The position numbers were made by a program, and so were the translations under genes. The notes beneath the pieces were generated by a model. That model searched no databases. It was not told the origin of the DNA and saw only the letters and a list, made by a program, of their open reading frames with translations. A stretch of 64,000 nucleotides of DNA from a virus, in the IMG/VR virus record IMGVR_UViG_2571042346_000003. One strand, written 5' to 3'. How positions within the stretch are numbered: position 1 is the first letter of the stretch; the number at the start of each line of letters is the position of its first letter. This document shows, in pieces, positions 45,090 to 54,797 of this stretch.

Positions 45090-45100
45090 TGACCACCCGC

Positions 45101-45452
45101 TGCGGTGGATATGTGCGGTGGTTGCGGTGGTCGTGCGGTGGAAGGTTTTCTCGTCCCACCGCAGGGGATGGCGCTTTGTTTGTTATTTGTTTTTAGATAG
45201 TTATGAAGAAAGAGAAGATAGAGTGCGGTGGTTGCGGTGGTATTTGGGGAATGTCTCTCACGCTGGGCCGGAATTTCTCTAGCGGGAAACGCCAGGTTGG
45301 TAGGAAGGAAAAATATTTCAGCCCATAGGGGGTGAGACCTCTGGGTTTACCACCGCAACCACCGCAAAGGCCATGAAAGCCTTGTCTGGCAAGGGTTTGG
45401 CGTGCGGTGGTCATCCACCGCAAGGGACAACGGTGATCACCGCACCACCGCA
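45101..45452. repeat. Candidate replication origin: TGCGGTGG octamer iterons in both orientations with an AT-rich spacer
   Basis: TGCGGTGG at 45101, 45114, 45123, 45134, 45224, 45233 and 45403. CCACCGCA at 45350, 45359, 45415 and 45445, with a near copy at 45437. AT-rich tract at about 45176-45220. Confidence 0.7.
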
Positions 45453-45508
45453 AAAGAAAAGGACGCCCGAGAGCGTCCTGGATGATTGGGGATCGAATTG
45501 GTTGAGGT

Positions 45509-46105
45509 TCAGACCTGGAGAATGTTTTCGACCAGCTTGTAAACCGTGGTGCCGCCAAGGGCTCGTGGCCAGTCGGCACAAGGAGGATTGTCGCGCAGCC
45601 TGGCGCGGCGGATGGCCTCATCGATTCGGTCGCGGGTGATCTTGCGTGCGTCGATCCCCTTGTCGTAACCGGGAAGATGCCGCTTCAGCCGGTCGCTGCA
45701 ATCCCGTGACGATGCGATGCCGGTGCCGTCCTCGAAATGGAGCAGCAGCCAGTATTCGAACTTGGGGTTGCTCAGGGCGAAGCCGTAATTGTCGCGTGCC
45801 TGAGCCCAGGCATGAAGCTGGTCCAACTGTTCGTCGGTCCACTGATCCTTGTCCACCACGAGCCAGGCTTCGTCGGAGGATCTCAGCTCCTCCTGGCGGA
45901 GATGGTCCTCCATCCGCTTCAGGACCTGCGGCGGGGAGCTATCGTGGCTGCCTTTGAGACAGTTCACCCGGATCACCGATTGCTGGTCATTGAAGATGGC
46001 GAAATACTGCGGCTCGGTCTTCACGCCTTCCACCGCGATCACGAACAGTTTGCGGTAGCGACGCTCGCCAAGGGGTCTCTGGAATTTGCGTCTCTTCGGC
46101 GGCAT
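45509..46105 (-). CDS. RloB-like (TOPRIM-fold) protein, 198 aa
   Basis: [13 protein letters not shown]...AWLVVDKD...[13 protein letters not shown] motifs. Confidence 0.85.
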   Translation of the reverse strand: MPPKRRKFQRPLGERRYRKLFVIAVEGVKTEPQYFAIFNDQQSVIRVNCLKGSHDSSPPQVLKRMEDHLRQEELRSSDEAWLVVDKDQWTDEQLDQLHAWAQARDNYGFALSNPKFEYWLLLHFEDGTGIASSRDCSDRLKRHLPGYDKGIDARKITRDRIDEAIRRARLRDNPPCADWPRALGGTTVYKLVENILQV

Positions 46106-47451
46106 CAGTCATCCCCCTCACTTTCCTCGGTGAGGCAGGGATTGGTCAAAGCGCCTCCCAACAGAATCCGGGGAATCCCACCCAGTCGCCCCTGCAGGTA
46201 GCTCTTGCGGATATCCTTGTCGTATCGGACATCCTTGTACTCGCTGAAGGAGAGCAGGTTCGAAGCTCCGGTGGCGTCTCTTTCGGCGACCCACATCTCG
46301 TCGCGGCGCAGGAGTTGCTGATCCATGAGCAGAACGTCATGGGTGGTCAGCAGCAATTGCGTTCTGGTTTCCGTGGAGCAGTTGGCCAGGTACGCTTCGA
46401 GCAATCTGCGTGTCAGCAGCGTGTGCAGGCTGCGGTCGACCTCGTCTATCACGTAGACCTTCTTCGAGACCTGGGCCGACAGCTCAAGAAACGCGGGCAG
46501 CAGATCGATCACCCGCTGCGAGCCGTCGGACTCCTGACGGATCTCGAACTTGGCTTCCGTGCCGTCCGCCTTCGGATGATAGGTCACCAGCTTCTTGGCG
46601 ATCAGCTCGCCACTTTTGCGGGTCACCACGAACCGTTCGTTGATCGGCTCGGTCAGCAGACGAACGGTCATGCCTTCCTTCACGTCTTCCTGCAGCTTGG
46701 TTTTCAGCGGCTCGGGCAGCGGAATGTTTTCGAAGGGGATCTCCTCGCCACCCAGGTGCGCGATGCCGGTGTCGAGCTGCGGCAGCATCTCGTTCATGGT
46801 CGAGTAGAGCGGATGCCCCTCGTCGAGGAACTGCTCGAACGGTTCGAAGCGGGAATCGGGCGCGACCAGCTCGAGCGTGTCCTTGAACCAGTCGTAGACC
46901 GGCCGGAAATTGTCGACCTTCTGGGAGACCGAGTTGGTCAGAAAGAGTTGATTGTCCCGGGTCCCTTTGAAGGCGAACTGGAGGAACTGGTCCTTGGCCA
47001 GGGAATCATCGAAGTTGGGCTTTCCGTCTCGACGGTGGTAGAGCACCTTTTCACTGGTGCTGGTGATGACCACCAGCTTCTCTTCCAGAACCGCCTTGCG
47101 GGTCACCGCGAAGCTGAACTCGTAAATGATCTCGTCGATCAGCAGCTCGAAGCCAAACCGTGACGGCTGATCGGCCACCTTGGCGTCCAGCCGAAACGGC
47201 TCGACAGGAATCAGGCTGTCGGGCTGGGTCCCCTTGACGACCAGCGCCTTGGCGAAACTCAGTGCCTTGAAAAAGTTGGTCTTGCCCGACGCGTTGCCGC
47301 CATAAATTGCCGCAACCGGAAGAACTCTCGTCTGGTACTTGCCGAGCTTGGGAACCCTGTCTCCATGCTGGCGCTCCCTGCTGGCGACCATCGAAAATGT
47401 GACCTGGTTGCGGAAGGACATCCAGTTTTCGAGTGAGAAACTGACTATCAT
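46105..47451 (-). CDS. RloA-like ABC/AAA_21 ATPase, 448 aa
   Basis: [10 protein letters not shown] Walker A, ESDGSQR signature, [10 protein letters not shown] Walker [20 protein letters not shown]-terminus. Confidence 0.85.
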   Translation of the reverse strand: MIVSFSLENWMSFRNQVTFSMVASRERQHGDRVPKLGKYQTRVLPVAAIYGGNASGKTNFFKALSFAKALVVKGTQPDSLIPVEPFRLDAKVADQPSRFGFELLIDEIIYEFSFAVTRKAVLEEKLVVITSTSEKVLYHRRDGKPNFDDSLAKDQFLQFAFKGTRDNQLFLTNSVSQKVDNFRPVYDWFKDTLELVAPDSRFEPFEQFLDEGHPLYSTMNEMLPQLDTGIAHLGGEEIPFENIPLPEPLKTKLQEDVKEGMTVRLLTEPINERFVVTRKSGELIAKKLVTYHPKADGTEAKFEIRQESDGSQRVIDLLPAFLELSAQVSKKVYVIDEVDRSLHTLLTRRLLEAYLANCSTETRTQLLLTTHDVLLMDQQLLRRDEMWVAERDATGASNLLSFSEYKDVRYDKDIRKSYLQGRLGGIPRILLGGALTNPCLTEESEGDD

Positions 47452-47494
47452 CTTACCGCCTCCTAAAGTGAAATATTCGCTTTATCATGCCTTT

Positions 47495-47523
47495 AATATA
47501 GGCATGGGCGACCGGAAAGTCAA
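47495..47523 (-). promoter_or_regulatory. Sigma70-like promoter for the RloAB pair
   Basis: TTGACT-N17-TATATT on the minus strand. Confidence 0.55.
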
Positions 47524-47544
47524 TCTAAAAGAGAAAATATCTCG

Positions 47545-50500
47545 TTAAACACCTTTGCTGCTGATCCGGTACTCGAAGTTCTTGGTGTGGGCGTTGCGCT
47601 GCCGGACGATATCGAACCCGGCATCCCGGATGACGTCCAGGTCGTTGCTGATGCGCCGACCGAGCTGGGCGGGCTTCTTGTATTCGAACTCGATGTTGAA
47701 TTCCCGGCCGACCCTGCGCAGCGCCGCGAGCAGCCGTCCCGCAGACACCGGTTCCATGGTGTTCTCGTTCTCGAACCTCACCTGGTAGCGTTCGATGAAC
47801 CCCACCACATGGTTTGCCCGGTCGTCCTCGCCGTAGCGGGCCTTCTCGTCCAGCTCCACCGCGTTCCGATAAGCGTGGAAGAGCGACGCCAGCGCCGTTG
47901 CGATGGGGTTCGACTCCCGGGCCATCTCCTGGCTGGTGTCGTTGATGGAATGGATCTGCTCGATGAACAGCGGGCTCAGCTCCTCGAGTCCGGTAGTCAC
48001 CTCGTGCTCCTCGGACCCGGCCAGCATCATCAGGTACATCAGGCTCAAATAGTCGTTGCACCGGCGCTTGCCATGGGTCGGCATGGTTCGGTGCAGCAGA
48101 CGCATGACCTGTTTCTGGGCTCCGTCCCGGATCATCGCCAGCACATGGCTGGTCCGCTTCATGATGGCCGAGATGATCAGATCCCGGTTCTGCTGGATGG
48201 CGGAGATGACCTCCGATTCCAGAAAGCAGTCGCTGGCCTGGTTGGCGAGGTCGAAGTTGATGACGAAGGACCTCGACAGGATCTCCGAAAGCTCTCCGCA
48301 CAGCGGCTCGATGCCGGTGGTGTTCAGCAGGCATTTGGTCCGCTCGGTGATGGTCTCGCTGTCGGTGCCGCTCTTGCGTTTCTCCTTGGCGATGCCGGTG
48401 ATGCTGGTCAACATGAAGGTGGTCAGATCCTCGGTCATCTGCTTGACCTCGATGTTGTCGAGGACGATGAGCGGGTTCTGGGAACCATCGGTGTAGTTCG
48501 CCGCGTCGGTGGCCTTCTTGTGCTGGGGCTCGCCGTAAAGCAGTGTCGACGTGATCTTGCTGGCGGTGGTCTTGCCCGATCCGGCCGAGCCCTCGAAGCG
48601 GGTCATGGGCCGCGTCCCGGCGAAGTCGATCAGCAGGAAGCAGGAGAGCCAGGAAAGGATGAGAAAGCGATCCCCCTGCGGGCAGGTCATGTTGCCCACC
48701 AGCAGATCGACCAGGAGCCGGTCCGCCTCTTCGAGGTCGGCGTCGGGCAGGAATTTCAGCGGCTTCATCTTCCGCGAGCCGTCCAGGATGATGCCGTCCT
48801 CGTTGCCGCCGTTCTTCATGATCCGGATCTCGTCCGGGGTGATCTTGGCGATCTCGTGCTCCGGATTGTTCAGATTGAAATAGACGGTGTAGGAGGCCAC
48901 ATCGGTGTGCAGCCAGGAGAAATGGTCGCGCACCTGGCCACGGATCATGGCCAGGCTGGGCAGCACCTCGAAAAATGTCCGTCCGCCGCCCGTGGTCGGC
49001 ACCATACCCGTGTGCTTGTAGAGCATGGCCGCGTAGTGGCGCTTGCGGCCCCGGTCCGGCGAATCCATCCAGTAGATGGCGTTGTCGAAATACATGAACG
49101 GCTCGCCCTGCAGGGTGTGAAAGAACTGGGCACCGTTGGCGGTGAACCAATCGTAGGCGGCCTCGGCGGCCAGGGTGTAGTCGGGAGCTCCGTTCTCCAG
49201 CTCCGTGTCGATCAGCACCTCGTCGACCCGGGCGCGGCACGATCCGGGCATCGCGCCGGACATCCGCTTGGCCTTCTTCTTTTCGTTGCGGAACTCGACT
49301 TTACGGTCCTTCTGGATGGCGCGGATCTGCTCTTTGAGGGTGGCCATCGAAACACCACCGCCGATGCGCTCCTGCACCAGCTTCAGCAGACGGGCCTGTT
49401 CCAGCGGCGACTGCTCGGAAATCTCCCCCAGGATCGGTTCGAGCAGGCGGTTGCGTTCCTCCTCTTCAGCGCCCTCGGGCAGCGAGCGCACGCCGAACTC
49501 GATGGGCGTGCTGGCCTCGGCGAGCAGACGTTCGAAATCCTCCCGGGTATGCCCGGCGGCAATGTAATCGTTGACGTCGATCTTGGCGGTGGCGAGAAGC
49601 GCTTCGGCCGCCTGAATTTCCTGGGCGGAACGCCCCGCCAGCAGCTTGGCCAGCTCCTTCGGCCCCACGCTCGCCGTCAGGCTGAAGCGTTCGGTCAGCT
49701 CCTGCCGGGCCGAGATCTGTGTCTCCGACAAGGGCAGCGTCACCAGGCGGGTGTCGATCTTGTGTTCGGCCAGGGTGCGGGCGGTTTGCAGCGCCCCTTT
49801 GAGACCGGCCTGGGAGAGCTCGTTGTCTTGACAGATGTAGACGGTTTCGACGCCGCGCAGCTTGGGGATCAGGCGCTCCCAATCGGCGGCCCGGATGCGG
49901 ACGGTGACCGGAGATACGGTGGGCAGGCCCAGTTGCATCAGCGCCAGGCAATCGGTCACCCCCTCGGTGATGATCACCTTGCCGGGCCGGGCCAGCAGAC
50001 AGTCCTCGTTGAACAGCAGCGCGTTGTTGATGAAGTCGGCGACGTAGGGCCGCTGGTGCTCGTCATGAACCGGCAGTTTCTTGTATTTCCCTTGCTCCCA
50101 GCCCACGTCCGGAGTCCACGGCGTCTTGCGGCCGATCATGAACACTACCCGGCCACGGCTCCAGTAGGGAAAGACGATGCGGCGCTCGAAAAATGGCGTC
50201 AGGCCGTCCTGGCTGGTGGGACGGAAAGCGCCGGTGGCGGCGAGCTCCCGCTTGGAAAAACCGTCCTCACCCCCGGTCAGTTGGGCGACCGCGCCGGACG
50301 CGTTGTCCGCGTAGCCGATCAGGAGATCGTCGATGGTCTCCTCGCTCAGGGCGTATTTGGATTTCAGCCAGTCGAGGACCTCCGGCGACTCCTTCAGCCT
50401 GGCGTGGTAAAGCCTGGCCAGCGAGGTCAACGCGTCCTTGACCCGCAGTTCGAAGGCGCGGTCGGCCTCCGTCTGGGCCAGACGCTCCTGGCTGAGGCCA

Positions 50501-50856
50501 TAGCGCGACAGCGGAGGCAAGCCCGCCTTCTTGGCGAGATAGTCCCGGGCCTGACGGTGGCTGTCCGGCATCGGACCAGATTGCCCGGCGGTGACCGAGC
50601 CCGTCTGAATGAACTCAACGAGCTGCAGCACATCACCGCCGACTCCGCAGCCGAAGCAGTACCAGCCCTGCTTGTCGAGCATCACGTGCAGCGACAGACG
50701 CGACTGGCTCTGATGGTTGGGGCAGTCGCACATCAAGCGCTGGCCGGTCTCCTGGGTGATCCGTCCAGGCAGGAGTTCCCGGGCCACCTCACCGATGTCC
50801 ATCTCGGTGACGAGCCGGTAATATTCCCTGACGTTATCCGTTCCGCCCATACTCAT
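47545..50856 (-). CDS. Primase-helicase fusion (CHC2 zinc finger + TOPRIM + P-loop NTPase), 1103 aa
   Basis: CPNH...WYCFGCGVGGDV zinc finger, IITEGVTD...YICQDNE TOPRIM, EGSAGSGKTT Walker A, IVLDN Walker B. Confidence 0.85.
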   Translation of the reverse strand: MSMGGTDNVREYYRLVTEMDIGEVARELLPGRITQETGQRLMCDCPNHQSQSRLSLHVMLDKQGWYCFGCGVGGDVLQLVEFIQTGSVTAGQSGPMPDSHRQARDYLAKKAGLPPLSRYGLSQERLAQTEADRAFELRVKDALTSLARLYHARLKESPEVLDWLKSKYALSEETIDDLLIGYADNASGAVAQLTGGEDGFSKRELAATGAFRPTSQDGLTPFFERRIVFPYWSRGRVVFMIGRKTPWTPDVGWEQGKYKKLPVHDEHQRPYVADFINNALLFNEDCLLARPGKVIITEGVTDCLALMQLGLPTVSPVTVRIRAADWERLIPKLRGVETVYICQDNELSQAGLKGALQTARTLAEHKIDTRLVTLPLSETQISARQELTERFSLTASVGPKELAKLLAGRSAQEIQAAEALLATAKIDVNDYIAAGHTREDFERLLAEASTPIEFGVRSLPEGAEEEERNRLLEPILGEISEQSPLEQARLLKLVQERIGGGVSMATLKEQIRAIQKDRKVEFRNEKKKAKRMSGAMPGSCRARVDEVLIDTELENGAPDYTLAAEAAYDWFTANGAQFFHTLQGEPFMYFDNAIYWMDSPDRGRKRHYAAMLYKHTGMVPTTGGGRTFFEVLPSLAMIRGQVRDHFSWLHTDVASYTVYFNLNNPEHEIAKITPDEIRIMKNGGNEDGIILDGSRKMKPLKFLPDADLEEADRLLVDLLVGNMTCPQGDRFLILSWLSCFLLIDFAGTRPMTRFEGSAGSGKTTASKITSTLLYGEPQHKKATDAANYTDGSQNPLIVLDNIEVKQMTEDLTTFMLTSITGIAKEKRKSGTDSETITERTKCLLNTTGIEPLCGELSEILSRSFVINFDLANQASDCFLESEVISAIQQNRDLIISAIMKRTSHVLAMIRDGAQKQVMRLLHRTMPTHGKRRCNDYLSLMYLMMLAGSEEHEVTTGLEELSPLFIEQIHSINDTSQEMARESNPIATALASLFHAYRNAVELDEKARYGEDDRANHVVGFIERYQVRFENENTMEPVSAGRLLAALRRVGREFNIEFEYKKPAQLGRRISNDLDVIRDAGFDIVRQRNAHTKNFEYRISSKGV

Positions 50857-53081
50857 TCGGCCTCCGCGACACGGGCGAAATCGGCTTCCGCGTGTTGGGC
50901 GGCGTCCAGGAACAGGGGCAGAAAGGTCCGGCGGTCATCCACCTGGCAACGCTTGGCGCAGTTCTGGATGCCCCAATGGTCACCCAGGACAATGGCGGTG
51001 CGCCGGGCACGAGTCACCCCGGTGTAGAGCAGATTGCGGTGGTGCATGAAGGAATGCGCCTTGTGGACCACCACCACGGCGCAGGGGAATTCGGAACCCT
51101 GGGTTTTGTGGATGGTGAGCGCATAGGCGAGCTGCAGGTCCTGAAGGTCGGGCGAACCCTTTTCCATCTCCACCGGCATGCCGTCGAAGTCGATGACCAG
51201 GGTGCCGTTCGCGAGGACATCAACCACATAGCCGATGGCACCATTCATCACATTCAGGTCGTAATTGTTCCGGGTCTGGATGACCTTGTCGTGCTTGAGA
51301 AACGGAGCGCGGCGGCCCATAGCGACCGTCGGTACCTCGGCGTTCCAGAGCTTGCGCTGGATGAGCCGCTGCAGTTCCTCGTTCAATTCCTTGGTGCCGA
51401 GCGGCCCCTTGTGGGTCGGCGTCAGCACCTGCACGTCCTTGATGATGTCGAACCCCAGGGCGTCGAGCCGCTCCTGAAACAGCTCCAGCAGGAACGAGCG
51501 TGCCGCCATCGGGTCGGTGAACTGATCCACCAGATACCAATCCCGGCATCCAGCCACCGATGCCTCGCTGGTCTTGCGCACCTCGCCCTTGAGAACGGCG
51601 GTGCAGTTCTCCTTGAGGACACCAGCCTGGCGCACGACCTTATCGAGGATGACCGTGGGGATGGCGCGTGTCTGGATCAGATCGCGCAGGATGTTTCCGG
51701 GTCCCACCGGCGGAAGCTGGTTGTGGTCACCGACCAGCAGCACCGTGGTCCGCGACAGGTCGACCGCCTCGAACAAGTGCCAGGCCAGGGGCACGTCCAC
51801 CATCGAAAACTCGTCGACCACCAAGACGTCGGCATCGATGGGGTTCTCCTTGCTACGCGAGAAACCCTTGCCGTCATAGCCGAGCAGACGGTGGATGGTG
51901 GTGCCGCTACGGCCGCTGACTTCCTCCAGGCGCTTGGCGGCCTTGCCGGTCGGCGCGGCGAGCACGACCTCCAGGTCGCTCTCCTCGCAGATAGTGTTGA
52001 TGACCGAAATGGTGTAGCTCTTGCCCGAACCGGCTCCACCCGAAATCAGGCTGATGCTGTGCTGGAGGGCCGAGCGCACCGCTTCGAGCTGCTTCTCGTT
52101 CAGCGTTGATGCGCAGCGCCGAATCAGGGCATCGAGTTTCTTGACGGACTGGAAATGCGGGTTGGGTGTTTCGGCCTGGCCGAACAACGAGGCCAGCTCC
52201 CGCTCCATGCGGACGATCTCCGGCAGAGCGACCACGAAACGTCCGCCGTGGGAATCGCAGGAAAGCGCCTGTTCTTCGATGAGCGCGTCGAGGGCGCTCT
52301 CGATACGGACCCGGCTGTCCAGGGCATCCATGACCAGCAGCAAATTGGCCTGGTCCACCAGATCCTCGTATTCTATCCAACAGTGGCCATTGTCCAGGGC
52401 TTCACGGACGCAGAAATTCAATCCGGCCCGGATACGAGGGGTATGGTCCTTGGGGGTTCCCAGCTTGCGGGCGATCTTGTCGACCTTCTTGAAGCCGAAT
52501 CCCCGGATCTCCCAAATGAGGATGTACGGGTCTTCCTTCAGGATATCGAGGCAGTTGCCGCCGAGTCTTTCGACCAGGGTGGTGACCTGATGATGGGTCA
52601 GGCCGAATGCCGACAGCCAGGCCATGACGGTGTTGACGCTACGGTTCTTCAACCATTCGTCACGCAACCGCCGGGCCGCGTCCAGGGGCAGTCGAGCCTT
52701 GAGCGCAATGCGCTCGGGGTCGTTCAGAAGGGTTTCTTCAAAGGCGTCGCCGAAGCTCTCGACGATCAATCTGGCCTTGGCCGGTCCAATGCCCTTGATC
52801 TCCGGATGGTTGGCCAGATAGTGGATCAGCCCCTCCGGATCGAGTTCGAGGTCGTGCTCCATCCCGTCGACCTTGAACTGACGGCCGTATTTGGGATGGG
52901 TGGACCACGACCCGAGCAGGACCACAGGCTGATTTTCCCGGGCGAACAAATTGCCCGCGAACTGGACTTCCTCACCGGCCGGGGTGAGCAGTCGGCCTGC
53001 GGAGAACTTGGGTCCGGCATAGTAAACGCGCTCTATTCTTCCCCGGAGTCGCGCCGGGTTACTCTCATTTCTTTTTGGCAT
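50853..53081 (-). CDS. RecD2/TraA-like SF1B helicase, 742 aa
   Basis: HhH region (IKGIGPAKA), GGAGSGKS, VVDEFSM, GDHNQLPPVG, YALTIHKTQGSE, LLYTGVTRA. Confidence 0.9.
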   Translation of the reverse strand: MPKRNESNPARLRGRIERVYYAGPKFSAGRLLTPAGEEVQFAGNLFARENQPVVLLGSWSTHPKYGRQFKVDGMEHDLELDPEGLIHYLANHPEIKGIGPAKARLIVESFGDAFEETLLNDPERIALKARLPLDAARRLRDEWLKNRSVNTVMAWLSAFGLTHHQVTTLVERLGGNCLDILKEDPYILIWEIRGFGFKKVDKIARKLGTPKDHTPRIRAGLNFCVREALDNGHCWIEYEDLVDQANLLLVMDALDSRVRIESALDALIEEQALSCDSHGGRFVVALPEIVRMERELASLFGQAETPNPHFQSVKKLDALIRRCASTLNEKQLEAVRSALQHSISLISGGAGSGKSYTISVINTICEESDLEVVLAAPTGKAAKRLEEVSGRSGTTIHRLLGYDGKGFSRSKENPIDADVLVVDEFSMVDVPLAWHLFEAVDLSRTTVLLVGDHNQLPPVGPGNILRDLIQTRAIPTVILDKVVRQAGVLKENCTAVLKGEVRKTSEASVAGCRDWYLVDQFTDPMAARSFLLELFQERLDALGFDIIKDVQVLTPTHKGPLGTKELNEELQRLIQRKLWNAEVPTVAMGRRAPFLKHDKVIQTRNNYDLNVMNGAIGYVVDVLANGTLVIDFDGMPVEMEKGSPDLQDLQLAYALTIHKTQGSEFPCAVVVVHKAHSFMHHRNLLYTGVTRARRTAIVLGDHWGIQNCAKRCQVDDRRTFLPLFLDAAQHAEADFARVAEAE

Positions 53082-53515
53082 CTCGCGATCCTCCGGTGAA
53101 AACGTGTCAGGTACTCCTCGACAAAACGGCAGGCGGCCTGCCGGTCCGAGCAGAAGTAGACGGGGACACCGAAGTCGACGACGATGGAGGCGACCGTTCC
53201 GATCAGCGCATGCGGGTGGGCATCGCTGCGGTAGCGGCCATCGACCAGATCGCGAAAGTTGCACTCGACAACCACGCAGGCGGATTCGTAGGCTGAGAAC
53301 TTTTCCAACTCGCGGTGAAACCGCTTTCGCCCCCGAATGACGGTGGAGACGAAATCCGTCAAAGATTTGCGCTCCACCGCCACCCGTTCCTCGAGGCCAA
53401 CCAGCGAGTAATCACCGGCGGGCAGCGCCTTGCGAACCGCCGAAACCTTATCGCTATCGAAGCTGTAGGGCTCCTGTTCGCGGGTGTCGACGACAACGGT
53501 GATCCGGTCCATCAT
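53033..53515 (-). CDS. ERCC4-domain nuclease, 160 aa
   Basis: VVDTREQ...GDYS...VERKSLTD motif. Confidence 0.88.
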   Translation of the reverse strand: MMDRITVVVDTREQEPYSFDSDKVSAVRKALPAGDYSLVGLEERVAVERKSLTDFVSTVIRGRKRFHRELEKFSAYESACVVVECNFRDLVDGRYRSDAHPHALIGTVASIVVDFGVPVYFCSDRQAACRFVEEYLTRFHRRIARCQKEMRVTRRDSGEE

Positions 53516-53988
53516 CAGAACGGGATCATGTCGTCCATCGCCGCGCCGGGAGCCCCGGCATCGTCGGCCATGACAATGCGACGGTTGAAGTAGATGTTCT
53601 CGTTTTCACCGCGAGTGCGCTTGGTCACCTCCAGCTTGATGTTGAGAAGCTGCTCGAGGTGGCCCGGCAGGTCGGAGAGCTTCTGAAGCTGCAGCCCGCA
53701 GGTGTAGAGGTCCTGCTTGAGCCACTTGATGTTCTCGTTGCTGGCCATGACGTTGTTGCGCCAGAGCAGACGACCCTTGTGGGTCGGCGCGAGAATGCGC
53801 AGAGTCCACTTGAGCATGGGATTGCCCGAGGTCTGGGCGCGGGTCAGTTCGACCCGGTCGACGTTGACCTGGTACTTGCCGTCGGGGACGGCCTCGAACT
53901 CACGTTCCTCGACTTCGGCGGTTTCAAAGGCGTCGTCGAACTGCGCCAGGTCGAGGTTGCTGCTGGATTGGTTTTCGTAGTGTTCCAT
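53515..53988 (-). CDS. DUF669-like single-stranded DNA-binding protein, 157 aa
   Basis: VPDGKYQVNV...SGNPML.W pattern and acidic DDMIPF tail. Confidence 0.75.
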   Translation of the reverse strand: MEHYENQSSSNLDLAQFDDAFETAEVEEREFEAVPDGKYQVNVDRVELTRAQTSGNPMLKWTLRILAPTHKGRLLWRNNVMASNENIKWLKQDLYTCGLQLQKLSDLPGHLEQLLNIKLEVTKRTRGENENIYFNRRIVMADDAGAPGAAMDDMIPF

Positions 53989-54000
53989 GGTCGGATCTCC

Positions 54001-54771
54001 TTACTGTTGAGGTTTCGCCGCCGCACTCGCGGTCGGCTCCGGCTTCGGCCGGGCGGCACTCGCCGCAGCTCCGGCTGCCGCGTTGTTGAAGGCTTTCACG
54101 AAGCTCGAAAAATCGAGGGGGATGACTTCGGGGAGTCGGCCGGTGCGGTCACCGGCGTCGTAGTTGGGACTGGGCTTGGTGCGCATCACGCGCTGCCAGA
54201 CCGGCTTGCCGTCCTCGCCGGTTTTCATGTCCAGGTCGCAGAACAGGATCAGGTCCACCAGACCGGTGACCAGCTTCCGCGCCTTTTCCGGAAGCGTCGG
54301 CACGATGCGTGTGTGTTTGCCGGTCCGGGTCTCGATCTCCCGCTCCTGAGAGTGGGAGATCAGGATCAGCCCGTAGGGCAGGAAGGCGAGCTTGTTGATG
54401 ACGCGCTGGAACTCGTTGTTGATCAGCGCGTAGCCCTTGCCGTAGCCTAGGTCGGACTCGTGCTCGATCTTGAATTTCTTGCAGACGTAGTCCGAGCACA
54501 TCTTGTATGCGTTATCCACCGTGTCGACGACGATGGTCTTGAACTCGTGCTTGCCCTCGGCGATCTCGGCGCAGGCTTGCAGAAGGTCGTCCCAGCAGGT
54601 GATCGGGGTCTGGAACACCTCCAGGGCGTTCAGACCCGGCTCGGTCGCCAGGAACAGTGCGTCATCGGCCTTGGAGCACCAGGTGCTCTTGCCGATCTTG
54701 CTCGGGCCGTACACCAGGGCGGTGAGGTCCGAGAGCGTGTGTTTGGGTTTGCTTTTGGTCTTGGGAAGCAT
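54001..54771 (-). CDS. Sak4/AAA_24-like phage NTP-binding recombinase, 256 aa
   Basis: VYGPSKIGKST Walker A, TIVVDT Walker B, GYGKGY, LISH. Confidence 0.8.
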   Translation of the reverse strand: MLPKTKSKPKHTLSDLTALVYGPSKIGKSTWCSKADDALFLATEPGLNALEVFQTPITCWDDLLQACAEIAEGKHEFKTIVVDTVDNAYKMCSDYVCKKFKIEHESDLGYGKGYALINNEFQRVINKLAFLPYGLILISHSQEREIETRTGKHTRIVPTLPEKARKLVTGLVDLILFCDLDMKTGEDGKPVWQRVMRTKPSPNYDAGDRTGRLPEVIPLDFSSFVKAFNNAAAGAAASAARPKPEPTASAAAKPQQ

Positions 54772-54797
54772 GGCTTCGTCTCCTTATGGTTGGGATT

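Noticed and set aside
50853-53264. Longer upstream starts in the ORF track (also 10612-11718, 12450-13583, 15465-16097, 55811-56386, 59953-60624)
   Set aside because: The extensions overlap upstream genes and lack an RBS. Downstream starts with an RBS and family-typical N-termini were used instead.
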